From NCBI GenBank assembly GCA_902763655.1, contig CACWSW010000002.1:10519-74518 (forward strand): DNA of 64,000 bases, written 5' to 3'. Below the pieces are notes generated by a model. The model ran no database searches and had not been told where the DNA came from. It worked only from the letters and a program-made list of their open reading frames with translations. Positions 7,084-16,791 of the stretch are shown here, in pieces (position 1 is the first letter of the stretch; each line of letters starts with the position of its first letter). Both the position numbers and the translations under genes were made by a program. This DNA is from an uncultured bacterium (lineage in GTDB: Bacteria; Verrucomicrobiota; Kiritimatiellia; RFP12; UBA1067).

Positions 7084-9755
7084 ATGGGAATGCGCAGGTC
7101 TGTGCTCACTATCGGCTTTCTTGCTTTTTGCTGTGCAACCGGTCTGATGGCCGAGACGCCCGACAAGTTCATCCGCTACGTGGAGGCCACGGGCCAGCAG
7201 GCGGTTGACACGGGCATCGTCGGCCGGTACGGCATGAGGGCCGAGATGCAGGTGGAGTGGATGGCCGTGGGCGGCGACACCGCGTTCCTCGACGCGCGCG
7301 GCGACGACGGGACGTCCGAAAACAACACGCGCATCATGTTCTGTCACAACGGCGGGGAGGCGCCGATTGGCGTGGCGTACGGGGCGTTCCAATACGGCAA
7401 GTATGGCGGCGCCACCTGCAAATGGGAGAAAGACCGGATCTACAGCATGACGACCGATCTCACGGTGACGAACGCCACAGAGGTTTTGTGCCAGTCGTGG
7501 GTGGACGGCATCCAGTTGTGGAACGAGGTGAAGTCTGGACTGATCGACACGGGCTACAATCTCTACATCTTCGCCTGCAACCTGCACGGCGATACGGTGT
7601 ACCATTCCAAGTCCCGTTGCTACTGGTTGAAGATCTGGCAGGACGACGCGAACGGGGTCCGCCATCTGGTACGCGACTTCCGACCCTGCCTGAAGGACGG
7701 GCGCGTGGGCCTGTACGACGCCGTCTCCGAGACGATCTTCTACTCCTTCACGGGGACGGATCTCGCCTACGACATGAACGACGACGTGCCGGACGACATG
7801 GCGACACCTACGTGGATACCGGCGTGATCGGGCGTTCCGGAACAAGTTGCGAGGCGGACATGGAATGGCTGGCGCTCGGCGGCGACTATGCGTTCCTGGA
7901 CGTGCGCGGCACATACGGCGCAGACGATCGTATCATGCTGATCCACAGCCATCTATCGAAGATGAGCTTGGGGTACGGAGTCTTTCAGGGCAACACGACG
8001 GCTCATCAATATTCGCTCGGAACGCGGTATCTTGTCGCAAGTGACCTGCGCGCTGGCAGCCAGACGCTCGTCGTGAACGGCGAAACGGTCTACTCAGGGA
8101 CTTCGTCCGCCACCTTCGACACGGGGCGCAACCTCTATCTCTTCGCCAATAACCGCGCCGGATCCGTGGAAAACTATTGCAGCGCGCGGCTCTACGGATT
8201 GAAGATCTGGCAGGACGGCACGCTCGTGCGCGACCTCCGGCCCTGCCGCAAGCGCGGCGTGCCGGCGCTCTACGACGACGTGGAGAAAGTCATCCTCTAT
8301 CCGAAGCAGAAGAAACTGACATGTCCGAACCTTTGGACGGCGGAGGGGCGGCCCGACTACTTCGTCGAGTACCTTCGAGGGAACGGCACCGTCTGCCTCG
8401 ACACGGGCGTGCGGGGACGCGCCGGTACGCGTGCGACGGGCGAGTATGCATGGACGCAGATGCGTACCGCCTGGCAAGAGCAGAGCGTGTACCTGGAGAA
8501 CATCTACTCGCGTCAGGAGCGTTGCTATCTCGGATCGGTGGGTGGCGATAACCGTTTCTACATGGTGCACGAGAACAGCACGGCCACCTGGTCGGGCTAC
8601 GGCTTGCAGCGCATCTATCCGGAACGCATCACGACCAACCTCGTGGAGGAGGTTGTCACGAACCTCGACGAGACAGTCACGACCAACATGGTGGAGGTCG
8701 TGTCCACGAACAGGATCCTGTTGGCGGCCGGGCATAAGTATGCGTTCGACGTCTCGTACGATGCCGGTTCGCAGACGATCGATCTGGACGGCGAGCGGAT
8801 CATGGAAAAGGACAGTGCGGCAGCCGTCGATTCAGGTTGCAATCTCTATCTCTTCGCCGTGAACGGCAACGGGAGTCCTGTCTACGAATCGCCGGCGCGC
8901 TGCTACTCGCTGAAGCTGTGGCAGGACGGGACGCTCGTGCGCGACTTCAAGCCGTGCGTGAAGGACGGGAAGGGGATGCTGTGGGACGAGGTCTCTCAGA
9001 CGCTCTTCCGCCCGATCCCCGACATCCCGGCGACGGACGCCAACACGGGCGAATTCCGCGGTTTCGGCGAGGTGGAGCCGGTTGCGTTCCTGGAATACGT
9101 GGAGACGGACAGGAAGCAGTACGTCGACACGGAGATCGTCGGACGCTCCGGCACGACTGCCGAGTTCGAGATGGCGTGGACGGCGGCCGGTGCCGACGAG
9201 TCCTTCCTCGGCTTGCGCGACACGTCCAAGGCGGACAGCCTCAGCCGTTTCTACTTCTGGCAGAAGAACAGCACGGCAACGCTCGCCTCGGCCATCTACT
9301 ACGGCTACGGCTACACGAAATATCTCATAGCAGACGCGCCGGATCAAGTTGGCAGCAACCAGAGCGCGAACTTGATACCCGTGACAGCCGGGCAGGTCTA
9401 CCACGTGCGCTCGTCGCTGAACACAGACTCGCAGACGATCGAGGTGGACGGCACGACGCTCCTGAACCGCACGGAACCGGCCACGATCAGCTCGGACCTC
9501 CATCTCTACCTGTTCGCCCTCAACTACGGCGGAACCGCGCAGTATTTCGGGCGCACGCGCTTCTACTGGCTGAAGATCTGGCAGGACGGGCAGCTTGTGC
9601 GCAACTTCCGTCCCATCCTGCTCGAAAGCGGCCTTGCCGCGCTGTGGGATTCGGTGAGCAAGCAGGTGTTCCTGCCGAGCGCGCCGTTCAGCGCGATGGG
9701 GCCGGTCAGCGGCGATTTCGAGATCAAGAGCGGCACGACGATCATCATTCGGTAG
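7084..9755 (+). pseudogene. Secreted four-module repeat protein (cassette 1), split by a frameshift at ~7796
   Basis: Track ORFs 7084..7827 and 7257..9755 (real from ~7797) together parallel the intact paralog 13946..16723. Relative to that paralog, 22 nt (GTTCGTGGACTACGTCGAGGCC, encoding FVDYVEA) are missing after 7796. Signal peptide MGMRRSVLTIGFLAFCCATGLMA. The downstream part could restart at GTG 7824, which overlaps stop 7825-7827. Confidence 0.6.
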
Positions 9756-9772
9756 TTTTTTGATCTGACGAA

Positions 9773-12700
9773 ATGAACGTTTCGCGTAGATGGTTTATCG
9801 GCGGGATGGCCGCCTCGATGGGTTCTGCGCGCGTCCTGCGCGCGGCGCCCGGGCTGCTTTCGGGCGGCACGCCGAACCTCGTGCTCGGCATCGTCACGGA
9901 CATCCATCTCTCGATCGGCCGCTCGAACGGCGCGTTCGTGTTCGGCGGGGAGGCGACGTTCCGCAGTACGCTGGAGTGGTTCCGCGACAGGGGCGTGGAC
10001 GGAGTCGTGATCTGCGGGGACATGGCCGACAACGGGCTGGTTGAGGAACTTGCGGCCGTGGCGCGGGTGTGGTACGAGGTGTTCCCGAACGACCTCGCGC
10101 CGGACGGACACCGCGTCGAGCGCCTGTTCGTCTACGGCAACCACGACTACGATGGCTACACGTACGGCACCGCGCGGAACCTGTTCGGCGACGATGCCTA
10201 CGACCACTCCATCAACAAGGACCTCGCCGCGGCCTGGCAGAGCTGCTTCAACGAGGCGTACGCGCCGGTGTGGCGCAAGGAAGTGAAAGGCTACTCGTTC
10301 GTGGGCGCGCACTGGATCGCGGACCATTGCCGCGGGTGGAATGAAATCGGCGTGCCGCAGATGCCGGACTGGTTCGCCGCGAACGGCGCGTCGCTCGATC
10401 CGTCCAAGCCGTTCTTCTACATCCAGCATCCGCCGCCCAGGGACACATGCCACTGCGACTGGGTGTGGGGGCACGACAACGGCGCCTCCACGGCCGCGCT
10501 CTCGCCCTACCCGAACGCGGTGGCGCTTTCGGGGCACTCGCACGCGTCGCTCAATGACGAGCGCGCGATCTGGCAGGGCGCGTTCACCTCGATCGGCGCC
10601 GCCTCGCTGAAGTACATCGGGCTGGAATATGGCGACGTTGCGCCGTTCGGGCGCGAGAACGACCTGCCCATCTCATCCCAGCGCGGCGAAGACCCCTACA
10701 AGGTCATGCAGAAGATGCCCGGTGGCGACAGGGACGGGCACCAGGGTCTCCTCGCGCGCGTCTTCGACGACCGCATCGCGTTCGAGCGCGTCGACTGCGC
10801 GGACTTCACGAGCCTGGGCGACGACTGGGTGGTGCCCATGCCGCTCGCGGAGCCGCCGCCGTTCGCCTACGCGGCGCGGGCGGCGGCAAGCCTCGTTCCC
10901 GAGTTTCCGGACGGCGCCGCGCTCCAGGTTCGCCTGACGACGGGCACAAACCGCGGCGGAGGCAGCGTGCAGGCCGTCGAGCAGTCCGTCCTCGAGGTGA
11001 CCATCCCGGCGGCTCTCCGCGCCGGCTGCGGAAGGGCGCTCGACTACGCGCTGAAGATCACCGACGGCACGGGCATCCGCGACGACCGGTACGTGTTCGC
11101 GGCGAAGTTCTTCCGTTCGACCGCGAGCGGCGCGGCGAACGTTCCGACCGTCTGCAAGCTCCCGGTCAGCCGCCTGAGCGCGTCGGGGCCGATCCACATC
11201 GAGGTGACGCCGCGCAACAGCTTCGGCCGTGCGGGCGCGCCGATCTCAACGGACTTCGAGCTCCCCGCCGTTCCCTTCAGGTACGTGGAGTACGTGGAAT
11301 CGACGGGCACGCAGTACGTCAACACGGGCATCAGGGGCCGGTGCAACACGAGCGCGGACATGCGCATCAAGTGCCTCAGCGCCAACGACGTCTCCTTCCT
11401 CAGCTCGCGCACGGACAGCAACAACACGCGCTTTCTCCTGTGCAGCACGCTGCCCCAATACTACATGGGGCACCGCTCGTACACGGCGTCGAGGGACAGG
11501 TCCAGCCTCTCGTGCCTCACCGACACGGAATCCGACCACGTCGTCAGCAGCATCACCCACGACGGCACGAACGTCTCCTATTCGATGTCGGTCAACGGCA
11601 CGACGATCATCGACCAGACGCGCGCGGAAGAGGCGTTGGACACGGGCCTCAACATGTACCTCTTCGCGCAGAACAAGGGCGGCTCGGCGACGCTCCATTC
11701 CAAGGTCCGGTGCTACGGCGTGAAGATCTGGCAGGACGGCGCGCTCGTGCGCGACTTCAGGCCCTGCGTGAGGGGCGGCAAGGCGGGGCTGTTCGACGAG
11801 GTGTCGAGGAGCTTCTTCTTCGCGTATGGCGGCGACCTGCTTCCGCCCGTCGAGACGCCGGACGCCTTCGTGCAGTACGTGGAGTCCAACGGCACGCAGT
11901 ACGTGGACACCGGCATCAAGGGCCGGTGCAACACGAAGGCGGACATGACCCTGCGGCTGATGAAGGTGGCCGACACGACCTTCCTCGGCGCGCGCAACGA
12001 CAACGGCAACACGCGCTTCCTCCTGTGCCACGGCAACAGCCAGGGCCTGGTCTGCACCGGGCACGTCTCGTTCGACTGGGGAGACAAGTATCTCTCCACC
12101 AGCCACCCCGACCGCCTCGTCGGCAGCATCATGCACGACGGGACGCAGGTGACGATTTCGGCGACGCTCAACGGCCAGACATCCGTTTCCACAAGCCGGG
12201 AGCAGGCGGCGCTCGACACGGGGCTCAACATGTACATGTTCGCGGCGAACATGTCGGGGACAGCGACCTACAGAGCCTCAATTCGCTGCTACGCCACCCG
12301 CATTTGGCAGGACGGCGTCCTCGTGCGGGACTTCTGGCCGTGCGTGAAAGGCGGCATCGCCGGACTGTACGACAAGGTCTCGGGCCGGATCTTCCAGCCG
12401 GGCAGTGGCGCGCTTGTCGCCGGTCCCGTCACCGCGCGGAAGGCGGAGGTCGCCAAGTTCGTCCCGTACGTTGAATCGACGGGCGCGCAGTTCGTCGACA
12501 CCGGCGTGATGGGTCGGGCCGGAACGCGTTGCGAGGCGGCGTTCGGCATGACGGAGGTGGCAGGCGACGGCAACTACGGCGTCCTTTCCATGCGGCACAA
12601 TACCAACTACCAGTATGGCGACACGTACAGATGGTTCGACCTGCTGAGCGTGTACAACGGAAAGTTGGACTGCCAGTACGGAACGTGGCGCGACAACAGC

Positions 12701-13084
12701 GCGCTGGTTCTTTCGGCGGGTCGTGTCCTCACGGCGGCGAGCAAGCTCTGGGAGGGAAGCCAGGAATTTGCCGTGGACGGCGAACGGATCCGGAGCGCGT
12801 CCAACGCCCATGCGTACGACATGGGATTCAGCCTCTACGCCTTCGGGCGAAACCGCGACTACAGCGCGACGGACGTGAATTTCAGCCGGCTCCGACTCTA
12901 CTCGATGAAGATCTGGCAGGGCGAGGCGGACGGATCGAACGAGGCGCTCGTGCGCGACTTCAAGCCGTGCATGACGGCCGACGGCGAGGCGGGCCTTTAC
13001 GACGAGGTGTCCGGCATGGTGTACGTCTCCGCCAGCGGAACCAGCCTGCTGCCGTCGGGCGGCCTGACGGTCAAGATCCGCTGA
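9773..13084 (+). CDS. Tat-signal calcineurin-like metallophosphoesterase fused to three copies of the repeat module (cassette 1)
   Basis: Tat leader MNVSRRWFIGGMAASMGSARVLRAAPG. MPE motifs: GIVTDIHLS, VVICGDMADNG, VYGNHDY, GAHW, LSGHSHASLND. After a beta-rich linker come modules starting FRYVEYVESTGTQYVNTG, FVQYVESNGTQYVDTG and FVPYVESTGAQFVDTG. Each module ends in a KIWQ(D/G)...LVRDF.PC motif. Confidence 0.8.
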   Translation: MNVSRRWFIGGMAASMGSARVLRAAPGLLSGGTPNLVLGIVTDIHLSIGRSNGAFVFGGEATFRSTLEWFRDRGVDGVVICGDMADNGLVEELAAVARVWYEVFPNDLAPDGHRVERLFVYGNHDYDGYTYGTARNLFGDDAYDHSINKDLAAAWQSCFNEAYAPVWRKEVKGYSFVGAHWIADHCRGWNEIGVPQMPDWFAANGASLDPSKPFFYIQHPPPRDTCHCDWVWGHDNGASTAALSPYPNAVALSGHSHASLNDERAIWQGAFTSIGAASLKYIGLEYGDVAPFGRENDLPISSQRGEDPYKVMQKMPGGDRDGHQGLLARVFDDRIAFERVDCADFTSLGDDWVVPMPLAEPPPFAYAARAAASLVPEFPDGAALQVRLTTGTNRGGGSVQAVEQSVLEVTIPAALRAGCGRALDYALKITDGTGIRDDRYVFAAKFFRSTASGAANVPTVCKLPVSRLSASGPIHIEVTPRNSFGRAGAPISTDFELPAVPFRYVEYVESTGTQYVNTGIRGRCNTSADMRIKCLSANDVSFLSSRTDSNNTRFLLCSTLPQYYMGHRSYTASRDRSSLSCLTDTESDHVVSSITHDGTNVSYSMSVNGTTIIDQTRAEEALDTGLNMYLFAQNKGGSATLHSKVRCYGVKIWQDGALVRDFRPCVRGGKAGLFDEVSRSFFFAYGGDLLPPVETPDAFVQYVESNGTQYVDTGIKGRCNTKADMTLRLMKVADTTFLGARNDNGNTRFLLCHGNSQGLVCTGHVSFDWGDKYLSTSHPDRLVGSIMHDGTQVTISATLNGQTSVSTSREQAALDTGLNMYMFAANMSGTATYRASIRCYATRIWQDGVLVRDFWPCVKGGIAGLYDKVSGRIFQPGSGALVAGPVTARKAEVAKFVPYVESTGAQFVDTGVMGRAGTRCEAAFGMTEVAGDGNYGVLSMRHNTNYQYGDTYRWFDLLSVYNGKLDCQYGTWRDNSALVLSAGRVLTAASKLWEGSQEFAVDGERIRSASNAHAYDMGFSLYAFGRNRDYSATDVNFSRLRLYSMKIWQGEADGSNEALVRDFKPCMTADGEAGLYDEVSGMVYVSASGTSLLPSGGLTVKIR

Positions 13085-13101
13085 TGGTTTAGGATTGCTG
13101 C

Positions 13102-13130
13102 TTGACGGGGGCAACCGTGTGATGTATAAT
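13102..13130 (+). promoter_or_regulatory. Sigma70-type promoter of the toxin-antitoxin pair (-35 TTGACG, 17 nt, -10 TATAAT)
   Basis: TTGACG at 13102-13107 and TATAAT at 13125-13130. AAAGGTGA RBS. ATG at 13164. Confidence 0.6.
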
Positions 13131-13163
13131 TTGAATCACTTTGAACTAGAAAGGTGATTCATC

Positions 13164-13415
13164 ATGACGACCTTTACAATCCATACCGACGAGAAGATGG
13201 CGGATGCCATCCGCCAGGGTGCGGCCGAGGCTGGCAAGAGCATCAACAAGTTCATCCAGGATGCCCTTGGCGGGGCGCTCGGTCTTTTCAAGCGCAAAGA
13301 ACGCCCGTTGCCGGACTTCTTCGACATAGGTACGCCATTGTCGAAGGAAGCCGCTGACGAATTACGGTCGGTACAGAAAGAATTTGACGTGATTGATGAG
13401 GAGATGTGGAAATGA
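13164..13415 (+). CDS. Antitoxin (small RHH/VapB-like DNA-binding protein)
   Basis: 83 aa with an acidic C-terminus. Its stop overlaps the toxin start (ATGA at 13412-13415). It sits immediately upstream of a PIN-domain gene. Confidence 0.7.
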   Translation: MTTFTIHTDEKMADAIRQGAAEAGKSINKFIQDALGGALGLFKRKERPLPDFFDIGTPLSKEAADELRSVQKEFDVIDEEMWK

Positions 13416-13816
13416 CGCAAGTTGTCTTTGACACGAATTTGCTCATCAATCTGTTGTCTGGTAAATTCAAGTTACCGGAATCATTTCGCAAATATGATCG
13501 CATTCTGATACCGGCGATTGTCATCGGCGAATATCAGGCTGGCATATTCGATACGCGGCCAGGGCGGGAGAACGCGGCGAAACTCGTAGAATACCTTGGG
13601 CGTCTGACGGTTGAAGCCGTTCCCGTCACAACCAGGACAGCGGAAAAGTATGCATTGATATTCAAGGCACTCCGCGCGCAGGGGCATCCGATTCCGCAGA
13701 ACGACATGTGGATTGCTGCCTCCGCACTTGAAAACGGTGCTGACTTGGCGACAACGGACGGGCACTTCCACTTCATCCCGATGTTGACCGTCATCGTCCC
13801 CGGTGCCGACACGTGA
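13412..13816 (+). CDS. vapC: PIN-domain ribonuclease toxin (VapC family)
   Basis: The real start is ATG 13412; the track start 13406 is GTG. VVFDTNLLI provides the first acidic Asp, IVIGEY the Glu, and ATTDGHF the C-terminal Asp. This is the typical PIN layout. Confidence 0.8.
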   Translation: MTQVVFDTNLLINLLSGKFKLPESFRKYDRILIPAIVIGEYQAGIFDTRPGRENAAKLVEYLGRLTVEAVPVTTRTAEKYALIFKALRAQGHPIPQNDMWIAASALENGADLATTDGHFHFIPMLTVIVPGADT

Positions 13817-13832
13817 TTCTCGCGTGACAAAT

Positions 13833-13849
13833 GAAAACGAGCCGTTTTC
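13833..13849 (+). terminator. Weak hairpin after vapC (GAAAACG-AGC-CGTTTTC)
   Basis: 7-bp stem with a 3-nt loop. The T-run is part of the stem rather than trailing it. Confidence 0.25.
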
Positions 13850-13945
13850 GCCCGCTTGCGGAATGGGGGGGAATTATGGTATCATATCGCCAACCTTGGA
13901 AAAGGTATGGCGGCATGATGTCTTGCCATTCAAGAGGAGGAGACG

Positions 13946-16723
13946 ATGAAAACGAGCAAAATGTGTGTTTTAGGAGGCGTGTTCGCGGTTTGTCTGGCGG
14001 CGAGCGCGGAGACGCCCGACAGGTTCATCCGCTACGCGGAGGCGACGGGCGCGCAAGCCGTGGACGTGGGCGTGCGCGGACGGTACGGGACGAAGATGGA
14101 GGCAGAGATCGAGTGGATGGCGCTTGCCGACATGTCGATCCTCGACGCGCGCACGGACGCGGATACGGACAGCCGCGTCTACTTCGCGCACAGCGGCGGC
14201 ACCGGTCAGATCGGGGTGGGTTACGGCAAGTACTACACGACCTTCCGCGGCTCGGGCGGCGAGAGACGCAACTGCACCTGGGAACTCGGGCGCACGTACA
14301 AGGTGGAGACGGATTTCGCCGTGACGAACGAGATCGTGACGACGCAAAACGTCGTGACGAACCTCGTCGAGAATCCGGAGACCGGCGAGACCGACGAGGT
14401 GGAGGAGACGGTGACGACGGAAACGACGAACGTCATTTGCAAGGCCTCCTGCAAGGTTGACGGGCTTACCCTCAGCCTCGGGCAGGGCTTCTTCGACCTG
14501 ATCGACACGGGAGCCAATTTCTACATGTTCGCCTGCAACATTCAGGGGACGCCGAACTGGATGGCGAAGGCGCGATGCTACGGGATGAAGATCTGGCAGG
14601 ACGATGCGAACGGCGTCCGCCAGCTCGTGCGCGACTTCCGCCCGTGCATGAAGAACGGGCGCGTGGGCCTGTACGATTACGTCTCTCAGACGATCTTCTA
14701 CTCCATCACGGGCACGGACCTCGTCTATGACGCGAACGAGGATGTGCCGGACGAGTTCGTGGACTACGTCGAGGCCCACGGCAACACCTACGTGGACACG
14801 GAAGTGATCGGCCGTTCGGGGACGAGCTGCGAGGCGGACATGGAATGGCTGAAGCTTGGCACCGCCAACGTTGACGACTATGGATTTCTGGACGTGCGCG
14901 GCACGCGTGACGGCACTGACCGTTTCTTCCTGATCCACAGCTATATCAGCAGGATGAACGTCGGATACGGTACGTTTCTTAACAACGTGAGCGGCGCCCG
15001 TCAGTTTTCCGTCAATACGCGTTACACGATCACAAGCGATCTACGCGCGGGCAGCCAGACGCTCGTCGTGAACGGCGAGACGGTCTATTCGGCCACTGAT
15101 TCCGCCGACTACGACACGGGGCGCAACCTCTACCTCTTCGGCAACAACCGAGGGGGCGCCGTGGAAAACCGATGCAGCGCGCGGCTCTACGGACTGAAGA
15201 TCTGGCAGGACGGCGTGCTTGTGCGCGATTTCCGTCCCTGCCGCAAACATGGCATCCCGGCACTCTACGACGACGTGGAAAAGCGCATCTTCTACGCCGA
15301 GCAGTCGCAGCTTACAGCGCCCTTCGATCCCACGGTGGCGGGCAGGCCCGATTATTTAACGGAGTACTTGCAGGCGAACGGCAACAATTACCTCGACACG
15401 TGCGTGCAGGGACGCGCCGGCACGCGCGCGGCGGGTGAATTCTCCTGGACGCAGATGCGGGTTATGCCAGATGAGCAGAACTGCTATCTGGAGAATGCGA
15501 TTTCACGGCACGAACGGACCTACCTCGGTGCGGTGAACGGCGACGACCGGTTCTATCTTCTGCACGATGCCGGTGCGCAGATCTGGTCGGGGTACGGTAC
15601 GCAGAGACTCTATCCCGAGCGGCATGTGACGAACTACGTGGAGACCGTGACGACGAACCTTGACGAGACGGTCACGACCAATTTGGCGGAGGTGGTGTCG
15701 ACGAACCACATTATCATGGCGGCCGGGCGCAGGTATGCGTTCGACGTCTCGTACGCCGCCGGTTCGCAGACGGTCGACCTGGACGGCGAGCGGATATTGA
15801 ATGCGGCCAGTACGGCGTCCATCGACACCGGCTGCAACCTCTACCTTTTCGCCGTGAACGACAACGGACACCCCAAATACGAGTCTCTCGCACGTTGCTA
15901 CGGGCTGAAGATCTGGCAGGACGGGACGCTCGTGCGCGACTTCAAGCCATGCGTGAAGGACGGGAAGGGGATGCTGTGGGACGAGGTCACGCAGACGCTC
16001 TATCGTCCGTTCCTCCCCGTTCCGGCGACGTTGGAAAACGTGGGCGCGATTGTCTCTGTCGGCGACGCGAAGCCCGTCTCGTACCTGGAATACATCGAGA
16101 CCGACGGCACGCAGTACATCGACACGGAGATCGTCGGGCGCGACGGCACGGCGGCCGAGTTCGAGATGGCGTGGCTGGTGTCGAGCGGCGACGAGTCGTT
16201 CCTGGGTTCGCGGACAAGCGGCAGCACCGACAGCCGGTTCTTCTTCTGGCAGAAGAACTACGGGTTTTTCTACTACGGCTACAATACCGTCTGGTATCCC
16301 GACAAAACCGACCCGACGAAGACCGTCCTCAACACGAGCGCAAACAAAATCCCGGTGGTGCCCGGACAGACGTACCACGTCAACGCCTCGTTCGCGGCCG
16401 GAGCGCAGAGGATCACGATAGACGGCAATCTCGCCGTGAGCTGCAGCGCTTCAAGTGCCGTCGCCTCGGTGCAACCCCTGTACCTCTTCGCCGCTAACTT
16501 CGGTGGAACGCCGCAGTTCTTCGGCAAGTGCCGGTTCCGCTGGCTGAAGATATGGCAGGACGGCGAACTCGTCCGCAACTTCCGTCCTGTCTTGCTCGAC
16601 AGCGGCTTTGCCGCGCTGTGGGACTCGGTGAGCGAACGGGTGTTCTGGCCGAACGCGCCGTTCAGCGCCATCGGCCCTGTCACCCGCAAGTTCAACAGCA
16701 ACACGGTGATCACGGTGCGGTAG
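13946..16723 (+). CDS. Secreted four-module repeat protein (cassette 2, intact paralog of 7084..9755)
   Basis: GAGGAGGAG RBS. Signal peptide MKTSKMCVLGGVFAVCLAASA followed by ETPD. Four modules start at FIRYAEATGAQAVDVG, FVDYVEAHGNTYVDTE, PDYLTEYLQANGNNYLDTC and VSYLEYIETDGTQYIDTE. Each module ends in KIWQDG.LVR(D/N)F.P. Confidence 0.8.
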   Translation: MKTSKMCVLGGVFAVCLAASAETPDRFIRYAEATGAQAVDVGVRGRYGTKMEAEIEWMALADMSILDARTDADTDSRVYFAHSGGTGQIGVGYGKYYTTFRGSGGERRNCTWELGRTYKVETDFAVTNEIVTTQNVVTNLVENPETGETDEVEETVTTETTNVICKASCKVDGLTLSLGQGFFDLIDTGANFYMFACNIQGTPNWMAKARCYGMKIWQDDANGVRQLVRDFRPCMKNGRVGLYDYVSQTIFYSITGTDLVYDANEDVPDEFVDYVEAHGNTYVDTEVIGRSGTSCEADMEWLKLGTANVDDYGFLDVRGTRDGTDRFFLIHSYISRMNVGYGTFLNNVSGARQFSVNTRYTITSDLRAGSQTLVVNGETVYSATDSADYDTGRNLYLFGNNRGGAVENRCSARLYGLKIWQDGVLVRDFRPCRKHGIPALYDDVEKRIFYAEQSQLTAPFDPTVAGRPDYLTEYLQANGNNYLDTCVQGRAGTRAAGEFSWTQMRVMPDEQNCYLENAISRHERTYLGAVNGDDRFYLLHDAGAQIWSGYGTQRLYPERHVTNYVETVTTNLDETVTTNLAEVVSTNHIIMAAGRRYAFDVSYAAGSQTVDLDGERILNAASTASIDTGCNLYLFAVNDNGHPKYESLARCYGLKIWQDGTLVRDFKPCVKDGKGMLWDEVTQTLYRPFLPVPATLENVGAIVSVGDAKPVSYLEYIETDGTQYIDTEIVGRDGTAAEFEMAWLVSSGDESFLGSRTSGSTDSRFFFWQKNYGFFYYGYNTVWYPDKTDPTKTVLNTSANKIPVVPGQTYHVNASFAAGAQRITIDGNLAVSCSASSAVASVQPLYLFAANFGGTPQFFGKCRFRWLKIWQDGELVRNFRPVLLDSGFAALWDSVSERVFWPNAPFSAIGPVTRKFNSNTVITVR

Positions 16724-16791
16724 TTATGGAGAGCCGCCATCTTGGCGGCGCACGATGAGAAATTATGGAGAGCCGCCATCTTGGCGGCTCA
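16724..16791. repeat. 39-nt-period direct repeat carrying the hairpin AGCCGCCATCTTGGCGGC
   Basis: TTATGGAGAGCCGCCATCTTGGCGGC occurs at 16724-16749 and 16763-16788. The core is a 7-bp stem (GCCGCCA / TGGCGGC) with a TCT loop. The identical 18-mer recurs inside dnaX at 37048-37065. Confidence 0.85.

Noticed and set aside
7257-7796. First ~180 aa of track ORF 7257..9755.
   Set aside because: Arg-rich shadow frame over module 1 of 7084..7827. Protein-like sequence in this frame begins only at ~7797, after the 22-nt deletion point.
13085-13945. Calling the TA islet a mobile element.
   Set aside because: No integrase, transposase, terminal inverted repeats or att-like duplications are visible. 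Only lower GC and the TA genes support foreign origin.
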